A stretch of 64,000 bases of DNA from Sedimentisphaerales bacterium. GTDB lineage: Bacteria > Planctomycetota > Phycisphaerae > Sedimentisphaerales > SM23-30. Positions 42,613-53,421 of this stretch are shown piece after piece. The notes below the pieces were generated by a model. That model ran no database searches, was not told the origin of the DNA, and saw only the letters and a program-made list of their open reading frames with translations. The translations under genes were made by a program, and so were the position numbers. The DNA is taken from contig CAXXFK010000028.1 in assembly GCA_963663965.2 (NCBI GenBank), positions 160,001-224,000 on the forward strand, written 5' to 3'. Position 1 is the stretch's first letter. Each line of letters begins with the position of its first letter.

Positions 42613-43026
42613 ATGAGCATATTTATAGTGGATCCCGAAGGGAACACAAGGATTGAGACAAATCCTTGGCAAGCGACTCGCAGCCGACCTGTTGAACATA
42701 ACCATATCAAGATCAAACCGAATGGAATCGAGACTAATGATAAATTCGATGACGTATTATTTAAAATATTCGAACCGTTTATTGAGGTCATCGTCTTTCT
42801 TGATAATATCTTTAAAGCTATCCGTCGTAACGGAATAATTAATTGTAAGTCTAAGATCGTTGTTAAAATTAGCAATTTTCTTCTTGGCTTTGCGATCTAT
42901 TTTGGAATTGTCTTTTTTGTCGCCAACAGTCTGCCGGAGGATCGATATCCGACATTTGTAGCAGTATTATTTACACTGCCAATCTGGTTTATTATTGTCG
43001 TTGTTCTGGGATTACTTGAAAAATAA
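42613..43026 (+). CDS. Small 2-TM protein with FIVxPxGxTxI motif
   Basis: MSIFIVDPEGNTRIET; two C-terminal hydrophobic helices. Confidence 0.7.
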   Translation: MSIFIVDPEGNTRIETNPWQATRSRPVEHNHIKIKPNGIETNDKFDDVLFKIFEPFIEVIVFLDNIFKAIRRNGIINCKSKIVVKISNFLLGFAIYFGIVFFVANSLPEDRYPTFVAVLFTLPIWFIIVVVLGLLEK

Positions 43027-43187
43027 GCGCATTAGTATTCGATTAATATTCGGGATAAACATGGCGATATACTTTACATTCCAGCCAGAAATTTGGGTTT
43101 GTGTATCATATGGTTTCTTGATATAATAGGTATAAGTGTAAAGGTTAATCAATGTTATTATGCAATTATATTGGAATTTAATCGATC

Positions 43188-44603
43188 ATGTCTAAATCTT
43201 CTATGTGTTGGAAAAAGGAATATGATAATGCCTGTGGGAAATGGCCTTATTACAGGGAATCAATTAAAGAAAAAGAATATGAATCACAGCTAAAATATTG
43301 CAGCTCAAACATAAAGCCCGGGGGCGATTCAGAAAATCAAGAAAAGGAGTATTTAACCATCAGGGATTTTAACGGAATATCGCTAGCACTAGCGGTTGGA
43401 TGTCGTGTTGAACAAGCCGTAAATGAGATATTAGAATATGAATCTAACGAGTATATAGAAAATAAAGCCAGACGAAATATAGACTCTTATGCCGCAAAAG
43501 ATCTTTGGAGAGACATGGTGGCAGCGGTCTTATTAGATATAACCTATAGACTTAGAGTTCCAACTGAACACAATGATGACAGTCAGGAGCAGATAGAGAA
43601 AAAAAGGGTCGCCGATAAAGCATTGAGAACTTTCCTGGATAAGCATAATTGCAGGAGTACAGGCAATATGCCTGCTGGTTTGCCGCGCAAAGTAGTATTT
43701 GACTTCTTAGAACAATTCCCTGTGATTGAGATTCATTCTTTGAATTATGGCAATCAAACTATCATAAACAAAATAAAATTGCAGAAAAATTTGCCTGCAA
43801 AAATCATTTATTACAAAGGAAGAACCAAGCTGCGAAAATATATTATAACGACTTGGTGCAAAGCCAATATCTGTCAACAAAGCAAAAAGACAAATACACC
43901 GGAGCATGGAGTTAATTCCGCGAACGATCCCAGATCTCAATGTATGGTTGATAGCGACTTTACCTCGACAATTCAACAGGTTGTTAAGGAATGCCTAGAG
44001 GAACAAATCGACAATACGAAAAGAAAAATTCTTATCGGTTTGTATTGTAACAATAAAAAACAAAAAGATATTGCCCGCGAACTCACTCTAACTGAAGTAC
44101 AAGTTCACAGATGGAAGAATGATGCAATTAAGCAAATCTCGGCAATATTCAAATCCCGCCGTTGTGACGATTTTGATGAAACGGATTTTGCCAAAATTCT
44201 TTCCGAATTTCTTGGGATAACTTTCGATATAGATATGGTGAAAAAGATGTTTGAACATTCCAGTCCTGAAGATAGACGTATTGAGAAAAAAAATGGCGCA
44301 TATTGCGAAATTGAAAATGAAGTGCGATCTAAGCTAGAGTGCCATATCACAGTTGAAGGCCAGTTTGCCCTTACATTGGTCTGCAGTGGAATAAGCTTGA
44401 AAAAAGTTGCTCAAATTCTGGGTTATAGCCATTTTACCACAGAAAAAATTATGCGCGATGCCAGGATTGCTATAAGGAATGTTTATGATGAATTCATGGC
44501 CTCACCGAATAATCTTGATGTTGACCGATACATTCAAATAGTGTGCGACTTTTTCGATGGCATTGACAATAATGCGATTAGGGACATTGTCAGGAACAAC
44601 TAA
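43188..44603 (+). CDS. Atypical ECF-like sigma factor with two region-4-like HTHs
   Basis: SLALAVGC, YKGRTKLRKYI, QKDIARELTLTEVQVHRWKNDA, then LKKVAQILGYSHFTTEKIMRDA. Confidence 0.62.
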   Translation: MSKSSMCWKKEYDNACGKWPYYRESIKEKEYESQLKYCSSNIKPGGDSENQEKEYLTIRDFNGISLALAVGCRVEQAVNEILEYESNEYIENKARRNIDSYAAKDLWRDMVAAVLLDITYRLRVPTEHNDDSQEQIEKKRVADKALRTFLDKHNCRSTGNMPAGLPRKVVFDFLEQFPVIEIHSLNYGNQTIINKIKLQKNLPAKIIYYKGRTKLRKYIITTWCKANICQQSKKTNTPEHGVNSANDPRSQCMVDSDFTSTIQQVVKECLEEQIDNTKRKILIGLYCNNKKQKDIARELTLTEVQVHRWKNDAIKQISAIFKSRRCDDFDETDFAKILSEFLGITFDIDMVKKMFEHSSPEDRRIEKKNGAYCEIENEVRSKLECHITVEGQFALTLVCSGISLKKVAQILGYSHFTTEKIMRDARIAIRNVYDEFMASPNNLDVDRYIQIVCDFFDGIDNNAIRDIVRNN

Positions 44604-44620
44604 ATTCAATTGGACATTTT

Positions 44621-46381
44621 ATGAAAGATAATAGTGACTTAACGAGCAGTCTGAGCAATATAAATGACGGTTTGCCTGCTGACATAGATGAGGATATTGA
44701 AAGTTTAATTGTGCTATCCGAAGGAAGGAGAACGGAATTGACTGTAAGTGAAAGTGTGAAATTGATGGGTAATATTGCTCATAATTCAGTATACCGAAAA
44801 ATCTTTATGGAATTATGCGTCATAGATGATCTGGAAAAAGGTTCCCGGAGTACTGATAAACATAAATACAGATCAAGAAAGTGGATATTCAATCGTAGCA
44901 CATTTGTGCTTGCCGCCTGTTTAGTCGTTGGACTTGGAATTTATATATTTAACCAATGGAGTATTAAATATGACAATTCCGACATTGATTTCGATTTGTA
45001 TGCACAATATATCGACAATCATCACAAGAAAGGCAGCCTGCAATGCTTACGAAATGTTGAGCCAGTCATGCCCGCTACTTGGCAACAACCTGCGGCTCGG
45101 GTTATTATGGGGCAAGAGCCACCTTATAATAATATGAAATTATCGACAGTAATCGTAAAGAGTAAAAGCAGTCACGGTAGCGGAGTGTTTATTTCCAATA
45201 TGCTAAATGCGAAGCTTATACTGACGAATTATCATGTCATAGAAGATGAAGTGCAAAATGCTGCATTGAGCGGCGAAAAACCATGGTTAGAAATAATTAC
45301 TTGTGAATATATTCAAGATGAAGAGATGTTGGTCAGGCGAAAGTCGAAAGGGGCAACAGGTAATCTTAACGCGGAAGTTATTAAGATCGACCCTCTTAAA
45401 GATATTGCGTTGCTGAAACTTGCAGATGAGGTTGACTATAATATTGTGTGTATGCCTTTATTACCGACGGAATTTATACCGGATCGGCAAAAATGCTTTG
45501 CCATTGGCTCACCAGGAGGTAAATGGGCTTGGACCGGGAAAGAAGGTGTTGTCTTAAGACAAGTTCATTTCCCGGATGATTTAACCAAGTATATTGTTTC
45601 TGATAATAAGCTGCTGGAAGACACATCTGGTCTTTGGTTGAATACAAAACTGGAAGAACCTCTTGAACCGGGTGACTCTGGCGGCCCGCTATTCAATGAA
45701 AATGGTCAAATAATTGGATTAAATGTTGCTACTTTTCCCGATAACAATGCAAGTTTGCATATTTCCGTTAAAGAACTGAAAGCATTTATGGACGCTTATT
45801 ATAATAATCCGGAAATGTCTCCAATCCCCGTTGATATCTGGAAGGCGGGAAATTGTGGTGGCCGATTACTCTATCCACAATTAGTAGATATTCCTGTAAA
45901 GAAAAATATTGTAATCAGGGGACTTAGTTGTATCTATGATGCCGCGCCTCCCGATATAATAAATATAGAACCAATAGCGACTTGCCTTTATTTAAATTTT
46001 GTGGAATTAAATTCATCTGATATTAACTTGACGGATCTACCTTTCTCAACCAAGCGGCCTTATGGTCTTTGGGGAAGAAATCAGGGAGAATTTCGTTTCA
46101 ATATTGTTATGATATCAAGAAATGATGGAATTTCCATCGTCGGTTATACAGATAGCAGATTAAGACTTAACCATATTCGTGTTGACCATGACAACGATAA
46201 TCGGGCTGATGTAATATGGGAATGCAATCATGATGGGAATTGGTCATTATTAAATCTTAAAAGAGAGCGTCCTCTCATTGAAATGAGTAATAAACAACAG
46301 CAACAGTATGCCAGAAAGATATTTAAAAATCTCACTCAAAATATGCATACATACGGCGCCAATCATAATCTGGTTAAATAA
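44621..46381 (+). CDS. Membrane-anchored trypsin-like serine protease with anti-sigma-like N-terminus
   Basis: ~90-aa N-terminal domain, TM FVLAACLVVGLGIYIF, GSGVFI, LTNYHVI, DIALLKL, PGDSGGPL. Confidence 0.82.
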   Translation: MKDNSDLTSSLSNINDGLPADIDEDIESLIVLSEGRRTELTVSESVKLMGNIAHNSVYRKIFMELCVIDDLEKGSRSTDKHKYRSRKWIFNRSTFVLAACLVVGLGIYIFNQWSIKYDNSDIDFDLYAQYIDNHHKKGSLQCLRNVEPVMPATWQQPAARVIMGQEPPYNNMKLSTVIVKSKSSHGSGVFISNMLNAKLILTNYHVIEDEVQNAALSGEKPWLEIITCEYIQDEEMLVRRKSKGATGNLNAEVIKIDPLKDIALLKLADEVDYNIVCMPLLPTEFIPDRQKCFAIGSPGGKWAWTGKEGVVLRQVHFPDDLTKYIVSDNKLLEDTSGLWLNTKLEEPLEPGDSGGPLFNENGQIIGLNVATFPDNNASLHISVKELKAFMDAYYNNPEMSPIPVDIWKAGNCGGRLLYPQLVDIPVKKNIVIRGLSCIYDAAPPDIINIEPIATCLYLNFVELNSSDINLTDLPFSTKRPYGLWGRNQGEFRFNIVMISRNDGISIVGYTDSRLRLNHIRVDHDNDNRADVIWECNHDGNWSLLNLKRERPLIEMSNKQQQQYARKIFKNLTQNMHTYGANHNLVK

Positions 46382-47055
46382 ATGAATGTTCTATAACACT
46401 GGAAGAATGATAATGAGGGGCCCAAGACTGAAAACTGAAATACTTCTCCGGGTGGACTTTCGCGCTTTTGAAGAGCTTAGTCTAAATATTAAATTGTGAA
46501 AAAAATATCGGCAATCCGATTGGTTTTGTACAAACTTACCCGCATGCGGATATATACAATCAATATTATTCAATATGGACAGAACTTCTTTAACACTATT
46601 TTTGAATATTTACCAAGCTGGAAGGGGAATCACCCGGATGGTCATTGGCTGGATATAATGCACAAGGCGACGTACAATCACGGGAATTATTCCCTTCGCA
46701 GATCCGCCCTACGAAAGATCTCACGACTTTTACTATCGCTTTTTCCCGGATGGAAACTGGTCGTTGAGTCATTTGTGTCAAAAGCTTGCTCTGATTATGG
46801 TACAAAAAAATTTACAGGGTGTGATGGATGAAAAACAGGTATTTACCTGTGTTTCTCTCGGGTATAAGGGTAAGAGCAAAACTGGTCGAGTGTTATATGC
46901 AAAGTTCCAGAAAGCAAAGAAAAAGATGACTTTATCTTTACCACAAATATTGCTATGCCGGCCGAAGCGGTTCTGTCTTGCAATGCCGACCACTGGGCAA
47001 TCATCGAATACCGTGTTAAGCATTGGGACGAAATTCAAGTCAGAGAAGAAAATTG

Positions 47056-48520
47056 GTAACCGTTCACACATTCTGACAGATTAACGATGGATATTTTATG
47101 TTGCTCCAATGAGCAATAATCGATTCATGGATAAAATCAAGGACATTCTGACGCTGTTTTTTGCAGGTTGCTATTGTTGTCCAGATGCGTTCGCACCAGC
47201 GCATGCCTGCCTGGCCGCGCGTTCCTTGCGTGATCCGTCGGTCAATCACCACGGTGCGAATTTGGCGCTCCGTGCCATTATTGGTGGGTTCGACAGCCGG
47301 CTCCGTCAAAAATCGGAAGTAATCGGTTGCAGCATTGCCCTTAAATCGTTTGGCCAGTTTCTGGGCCAGTTTGTGATTCGGCGGCCTTCGCATTTGCTTC
47401 AAAAAGCCGGTTTTGAGGCGCGCCATCGAACGCAACCAGCCCGGTGGCGTCAAGGCGTCCCGCCGATGCAGGGTGTCAAACAGTTTTTTGAGCCATGCCA
47501 GCAATTTTGTTCCCCAGCGAGACAGTGCGGGCACGCTATGCTCGGCCAGAAAACGAACGTCTCGAATCAAGTGAGCCATGCAATACTGAACACGAACACC
47601 AAACAACCTGGCATACTTGCGATAGGCGCCCCAGTAATCGGCCCCAATGATCCCGGCAAAGGTTTTACCAAGCATGGTTTCCAGCACGCCGCTGCCGCGC
47701 GACGGATCAATCTTAAACAAACTGTAGGCGCCGGTATCAAAACACCAGGTCCAGTGCAGCTTGCCATTGTCATGATGGCCTGTCTCATCGATATTGACCT
47801 GCGGTTCGTTCGGCAATCGGTCGGCCAGTTCATCATACGATCGGCCCAAGGCGCTCGATCCCTTCTGAACCGCCTTGCCAAGCATGCCGCGAGAAACCTC
47901 CAGCTTCATCACCTGCTGGAAAAAACCCTGAATGGTGCTATACGACATATGGCAGGCGCCTTTCAAATAGGACACCAACGCCGTCAGGTCCGCACCCAGC
48001 AATCCCCCTTTACGAATCTCGTTCGGCAAGGGGGTGATCTGGACCTTTCCTGTCACAGGGTTTCGGTACTTTCTGGCTCGATGCTCAATCACCTGGTACA
48101 TTTTCTCCGGCAATCCGATTTGTTGAATGACAAACCAGGCATCCAGAGGCTTAAGGCCCACGGCGTCTTTGTCTGCCAACTCGTATTCAAATGTGTGGTC
48201 AACTTCTTCAAACGGTTGACGCGAAAACTTTTTATGCCCATGCTGGCCACCCCGGTTGCGTTTTTTGCGACTAGCCTTAGCGGAAGGCCTCTTGGGTTTG
48301 ACAATATCACTTGAGGGCGGCTTGGACGAATTGCTCGAATCTTTCTTGAGCCGAGCAATTTCTTCTTTGAGCTGCCTTACTTCTTCGCGTAAGGAAGCGA
48401 CCTCTTGGAGCAGCTGCGCTATAACAATATCTTTGTCATCCATAACTTTTGGTATAACAGATGGTTGTGCAGGGCGCAATCTTTTTTCTTGTTATTTTTA
48501 AAAAAAGTGTGAATTGTTAC
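47056..48520 (-). mobile_element. IS66-family single-ORF element, copy 1 (1465 bp; transposase 47064-48479)
   Basis: Ends GTAACCGTTCACAC / GTGTGAATTGTTAC; flanks GAAAATTG/AAAAATTG; NSSKPPSSD, IDETG, CMAHL, TNNGTER. Confidence 0.93.
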
Positions 48521-48620
48521 AAAAATTGAAATGTTCATTTACCTATGCAGCCGGGTCCAATTACCCACTACTATATGAATATTCGTTTCATTATAAATCA
48601 ATCTTGCCGGAAACAGATAT

Positions 48621-49406
48621 ATGGAACTGGATACGTTAATTGATACAGATCAACTCACGTCGCGAGAGGCTGGCTGGGTAAATAAGTTTATCAGGCAGCT
48701 CAAAGACAGGCAGGTAGTTCTGCTGTCACATTGTGATATCAGCGTTATAACTGAATTCGAAAATCGAGGCATGCCGATAAAAGATGCCTCCGATATTATC
48801 CATAACAGGTACAATTGCCGTGGTCATTTCGTTAGCCGCATAAATGGTCAGCCGCCGATGATCATACTGGTAAAAGAATATGCTAATAAACGAAATGATG
48901 GCTATACTCTCATTCATGAAGGCAGCCATCTCAGGATCCGCGAAATATACGACAGAATTCTACAGCGGGATAAAAATGAGATGCATACAGCTGCCGGTAA
49001 TCATATTGACAGGCTCTTTTTTGCTGACGAAAAGAATAGCGATGTCTGGGCTATCCTTGAAGAACTTATCATATACAGGCATGACAAACGATTCTCTGAT
49101 CATAGTAATATGGAACTTCTGGCAAGGGTTTTGCAAGCCTACTATATTGAACCAGACTCCAGAATGAACTTATACAGAATTATTTACCTTACCTTCGAGC
49201 CATTTACTACAACAGACAGTACATTCAGCTTTAAAACTTTTTTAAATCTGATGGTCAGGCTTCGCTATTCCAAAGTTAACAGGCTTGAAACCGCTACTCA
49301 TGCCCGGTTCAAGTTTTTTTATGATTACCTGCAGAAGATGCTGAAAGACCTGGACGTGCCAGAAGAAGAAAGACTAATTTTTGACTGGTATACCAATATT
49401 CCTTAA
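48621..49406 (+). CDS. Hypothetical protein with HExxH metallopeptidase motif
   Basis: TLIHEGSH followed by a downstream ILEE. Confidence 0.6.
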   Translation: MELDTLIDTDQLTSREAGWVNKFIRQLKDRQVVLLSHCDISVITEFENRGMPIKDASDIIHNRYNCRGHFVSRINGQPPMIILVKEYANKRNDGYTLIHEGSHLRIREIYDRILQRDKNEMHTAAGNHIDRLFFADEKNSDVWAILEELIIYRHDKRFSDHSNMELLARVLQAYYIEPDSRMNLYRIIYLTFEPFTTTDSTFSFKTFLNLMVRLRYSKVNRLETATHARFKFFYDYLQKMLKDLDVPEEERLIFDWYTNIP

Positions 49407-49639
49407 TCAGTTGATTATCTTTTATACACATAAAAAATGGGGACCATTAGGGATTCACTTATCACCATGTTTAAAGGTAGATAGTAATCGACCACAAAGG
49501 AGCAGAAAATTCAGTAACTTTGTCACCAAAATGTCACCACATGACGCCTCAGAGGCATCTTGAATGAAAAAACTATCTGCATTTTCAGCCTTAAAAACGC
49601 AGATTTTCAACATTTTACACAATAATTTCGTATCAAATG

Positions 49640-49960
49640 TCTGTTGGAATTTGAACGCGTAATGAAATTCGATTTTTCCGACATATTGATATACATACCC
49701 ATGAGGAAAAACCTTGTGGGAGCTCCTTTGGTATGAGTATTCAAATTGTCATCCACTATAAGCAGTTTTTGATAAATAGGTTGGCGGTACCAGCACGTTC
49801 ATATTCATAGTTCACTCTGCGAGGATGATTTAAAGTCGCTGCAATTGTAGTTCGGGTTTCCTTGAGCTGTTGTGCCGACTGTCCATCCATACCTATCACC
49901 GGAAAATCCGGGTTATACGGCAGGGGATCGACGTTAAGGACGTCTCTCCCACACATACTA
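49640..49960 (-). pseudogene. Decayed IS630 transposase fragment
   Basis: LKETR...HPRRVNYEYERAGTA, similar to 59496-60185, with frameshifts. Confidence 0.8.
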
Positions 49961-50196
49961 CGAATACACTTTTCTTAACGGCTGGAATTGTCGGCTGATT
50001 AGGAAGACCAGGTAGAATTGGGCATTAGTACGTCAAGCTGGGTGAATACAAGTGTAAATAATGCTATTCAGACTCTCTGAACAAATCTCATTACAACAAA
50101 AGTCAACTCTTCTATTTAGAAGTTGCTGATTAATGAGGCATTCTATATTTCACCCTTTTGCTTTTTTAGATTTCTTATGAGCTAAAAGGATTATTG

Positions 50197-51661
50197 GTAA
50201 CCGTTCACACATTCTGACAGATTAACGATGGATATTTTATGTTGCTCCAATGAGCAATAATCGATTCATGGATAAAATCAAGGACATTCTGACGCTGTTT
50301 TTTGCAGGTTGCTATTGTTGTCCAGATGCGTTCGCACCAGCGCATGCCTGCCTGGCCGCGCGTTCCTTGCGTGATCCGTCGGTCAATCACCACGGTGCGA
50401 ATTTGGCGCTCCGTGCCATTATTGGTGGGTTCGACAGCCGGCTCCGTCAAAAATCGGAAGTAATCGGTTGCAGCATTGCCCTTAAATCGTTTGGCCAGTT
50501 TCTGGGCCAGTTTGTGATTCGGCGGCCTTCGCATTTGCTTCAAAAAGCCGGTTTTGAGGCGCGCCATCGAACGCAACCAGCCCGGTGGCGTCAAGGCGTC
50601 CCGCCGATGCAGGGTGTCAAACAGTTTTTTGAGCCATGCCAGCAATTTTGTTCCCCAGCGAGACAGTGCGGGCACGCGATGCTCGGCCAGAAAACGAACG
50701 TCTCGAATCAAGTGAGCCATGCAATACTGAACACGAACACCAAACAACCGGGCATACTTGCGATAGGCGCCCCAGTAATCGGCCCCAATGATCCCGGCAA
50801 AGGTTTTACCAAGCATGGTTTCCAGCACGCCGCTGCCGCGCGACGGATCAATCTTAAACAAACTGTAGGCGCCGGTATCAAAACACCAGGTCCAGTGCAG
50901 CTTGCCATTGTCATGATGGCCTGTCTCATCGATATTGACCTGCGGTTCGTTCGGCAATCGGTCGGCCAGTTCATCATACGATCGGCCCAAGGCGCTCGAT
51001 CCCTTCTGAACCGCCTTGCCAAGCATGCCGCGAGAAACCTCCAGCTTCATCACCTGCTGGAAAAAACCCTGAATGGTGCTATACGACATATGGCAGGCGC
51101 CTTTCAAATAGGACACCAACGCCGTCAGGTCCGCACCCAGCAATCCCCCTTTACGAATCTCGTTCGGCAAGGGGGTGATCTGGACCTTTCCTGTCACAGG
51201 GTTTCGGTACTTTCTGGCTCGATGCTCAATCACCTGGTACATTTTCTCCGGCAATCCGATTTGTTGAATGACAAACCAGGCATCCAGAGGCTTAAGGCCC
51301 ACGGCGTCTTTGTCTGCCAACTCGTATTCAAATGTGTGGTCAACTTCTTCAAACGGTTGACGCGAAAACTTTTTATGCCCATGCTGGCCACCCCGGTTGC
51401 GTTTTTTGCGACTAGCCTTAGCGGAAGGCCTCTTGGGTTTGACAATATCACTTGAGGGCGGCTTGGACGAATTGCTCGAATCTTTCTTGAGCCGAGCAAT
51501 TTCTTCTTTGAGCTGCCTTACTTCTTCGCGTAAGGAAGCGACCTCTTGGAGCAGCTGCGCTATAACAATATCTTTGTCATCCATAACTTATGGTATAACA
51601 GATGGTTGTGCAGGGCGCAATCTTTTTTCTTGTTATTTTTAAAAAAAGTGTGAATTGTTAC
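50197..51661 (-). mobile_element. IS66-family element, copy 2 (1465 bp; transposase 50205-51584)
   Basis: Near-identical to copy 1; perfect 8-bp target duplication GATTATTG. Confidence 0.95.
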
Positions 51662-51809
51662 GATTATTGTATTTAGCGGAATTTTGCTGATCCCGCTTAT
51701 ACACTACGGTAATAACCATCAATCAAAGTAAGATGAAATTATAACGACACTGAAATTTACCGAAGCTTTCTGTCGCAATATTAATGAAGAATATTTCAGG
51801 ATACTAACA

Positions 51810-53078
51810 ATGAATGAATGTAAATTATTGCTGAAAGAGAAAACATGTTTATTTATGAACCTATTTGCAGGATTAAAGCATGTATATGGTAGTTATAACA
51901 TAAAAACCGGTAAGACATATCAGGTGAAAGCGCCAGTCGATTTTAATGTGATTGCCAAACATTTATGGGGATATCATTCTTATGGCGTATACCCTTTGAT
52001 GGGGAAACATACCAATTTCATCGCTATTGATATTGACACGAATGATTTAACATTAGTTAGTCAATTTTACGCTGTTATGAATCAATATTATATCCCTTTA
52101 TATATCGAACGAAGCAAATCTAAAGGGTATCATTTATGGATATTTTTTGATCAACTCGTAAGTGCGCATAAGGCGAGACTTGTTGTATATCATGTGATAA
52201 ACACTATTGGGTGTGGTGCAATCGAAGTGTTCCCTAAAAGAGATGGGCTCGATGATAATGTGTCTTACGGTAATTTTATCAACGCGCCACTGTTTTATCC
52301 ATTTACCAAAGTTCAACGAACTGTTTTTATTAACCCAGAAAACGGTTATCAGCCATTTGAAGATCAATGGCAAGTCTTAAGTCACATCCAAAAAATATCT
52401 GAGATAAAACTAGGCTGCCTGATTGAAAAATTAGGCCTCAATAGTCATTCCAAATTCAAGTTCTCAACTGGCTCAAAAATATCTAGTCATGGATATTACA
52501 CACTTCCTCCATGCAAACAGAAAATGCTTGAATATGGAGTAACACAGTATCAACGGCTGGCGTGTTACCGTATCGCTATTAGCCTCAAATGTGCAGGAAT
52601 GCCTTTTGATAAAGCCGTTTATACCCTTAAATCCTGGGCCTTGAAAAACAGGCCTTCCAATAATAAAAGGATTATTACCGAAAAAGAAATTATCGCTCAA
52701 ACCCAAAGTGCTTATAAGGGAAAATATCGAAATATTGGCTGTGAATGTCCATCGGTCGTGCCTTTTTGTGATAATACATGTCAGATAAAAAATTCTTTTA
52801 AACATGATATGGGAGATAACATTATGAATAAGCCGAAAAAAAGAGTTAGATGCGGAGCTATCTCGGCCAGCATTTGGACAGATCAAAAGACAATCAATGG
52901 AAAGGAGATTGAGTATCATTCGATTAGTATTTCCAAGACTTACAAGGATGGGGATGAATGGAAACATACTAATAACTTTGACACAAAAGATCTCTGTAAA
53001 ATTGCAATAGTTGCCATTGAGGCGTATAAGTTAATCGAAGTATCTACTTCAGATTTGCCATTGTCGTCAAAGGAATAG
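51810..53078 (+). CDS. AEP (TOTE-type) primase domain + Cys-rich domain, in frame with a small putative ssDNA-binding domain
   Basis: GVYPL, IAIDID, ERSKSKGYHLWIFF, GNFINAPL; LPPC...GCECP...FC...C; internal GGGAG and ATG 52824 before MNKPKKRVRCGAISASIW. Confidence 0.72.
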   Translation: MNECKLLLKEKTCLFMNLFAGLKHVYGSYNIKTGKTYQVKAPVDFNVIAKHLWGYHSYGVYPLMGKHTNFIAIDIDTNDLTLVSQFYAVMNQYYIPLYIERSKSKGYHLWIFFDQLVSAHKARLVVYHVINTIGCGAIEVFPKRDGLDDNVSYGNFINAPLFYPFTKVQRTVFINPENGYQPFEDQWQVLSHIQKISEIKLGCLIEKLGLNSHSKFKFSTGSKISSHGYYTLPPCKQKMLEYGVTQYQRLACYRIAISLKCAGMPFDKAVYTLKSWALKNRPSNNKRIITEKEIIAQTQSAYKGKYRNIGCECPSVVPFCDNTCQIKNSFKHDMGDNIMNKPKKRVRCGAISASIWTDQKTINGKEIEYHSISISKTYKDGDEWKHTNNFDTKDLCKIAIVAIEAYKLIEVSTSDLPLSSKE

Positions 53079-53091
53079 TTCCATTTATTAT

Positions 53092-53421
53092 TTGTCTCTG
53101 ATAGTGGATGATCGCATAGGAAATATGATTTTGTGTGACTTAAAACAAAAGTGGCTGACTGTAAATCAAGTCTGTAAGATATTGCAGTTATCAGAGGATT
53201 ATATACGGTCACTAATCCTAAGTGGTCGCATTAAAGCTGTTAAAATGCCAGGCGGTCGTAATGCTCCTATTAGGATTGCCGAAGAGGATATATGCAATTT
53301 TATTGAATCTTGTAATATTTCAGAGCCACAAGCATGCGATGCTAAAAGCAACTCATCATTTCATAAAGTTACTCAACGCCCTCGCCGCCGATCCGCTTCA
53401 GCAGACTCGTGGGGAGTTTAG
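53092..53421 (+). CDS. Excisionase-like HTH protein
   Basis: WLTVNQVCKILQLSEDYIRSLILSGRIKAVKM...IRI. Confidence 0.8.
   Translation: MSLIVDDRIGNMILCDLKQKWLTVNQVCKILQLSEDYIRSLILSGRIKAVKMPGGRNAPIRIAEEDICNFIESCNISEPQACDAKSNSSFHKVTQRPRRRSASADSWGV

Noticed and set aside
36097..46381. Type III-E CRISPR (Craspase) locus
   Set aside because: No CRISPR array, Cas7-11 or other cas gene seen in the window.
46496..47055. Short overlapping ORFs after the trypsin gene
   Set aside because: No recognisable motifs or clear RBS; possibly decayed DNA interrupted by IS66.
47109..48314. 401-aa plus-strand ORF (and its copy at 50250-51455)
   Set aside because: Antisense shadow of the IS66 transposase with no recognisable motifs.
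47056..51661. A composite transposon inserted as one unit
   Set aside because: Each IS66 copy has its own target duplication.
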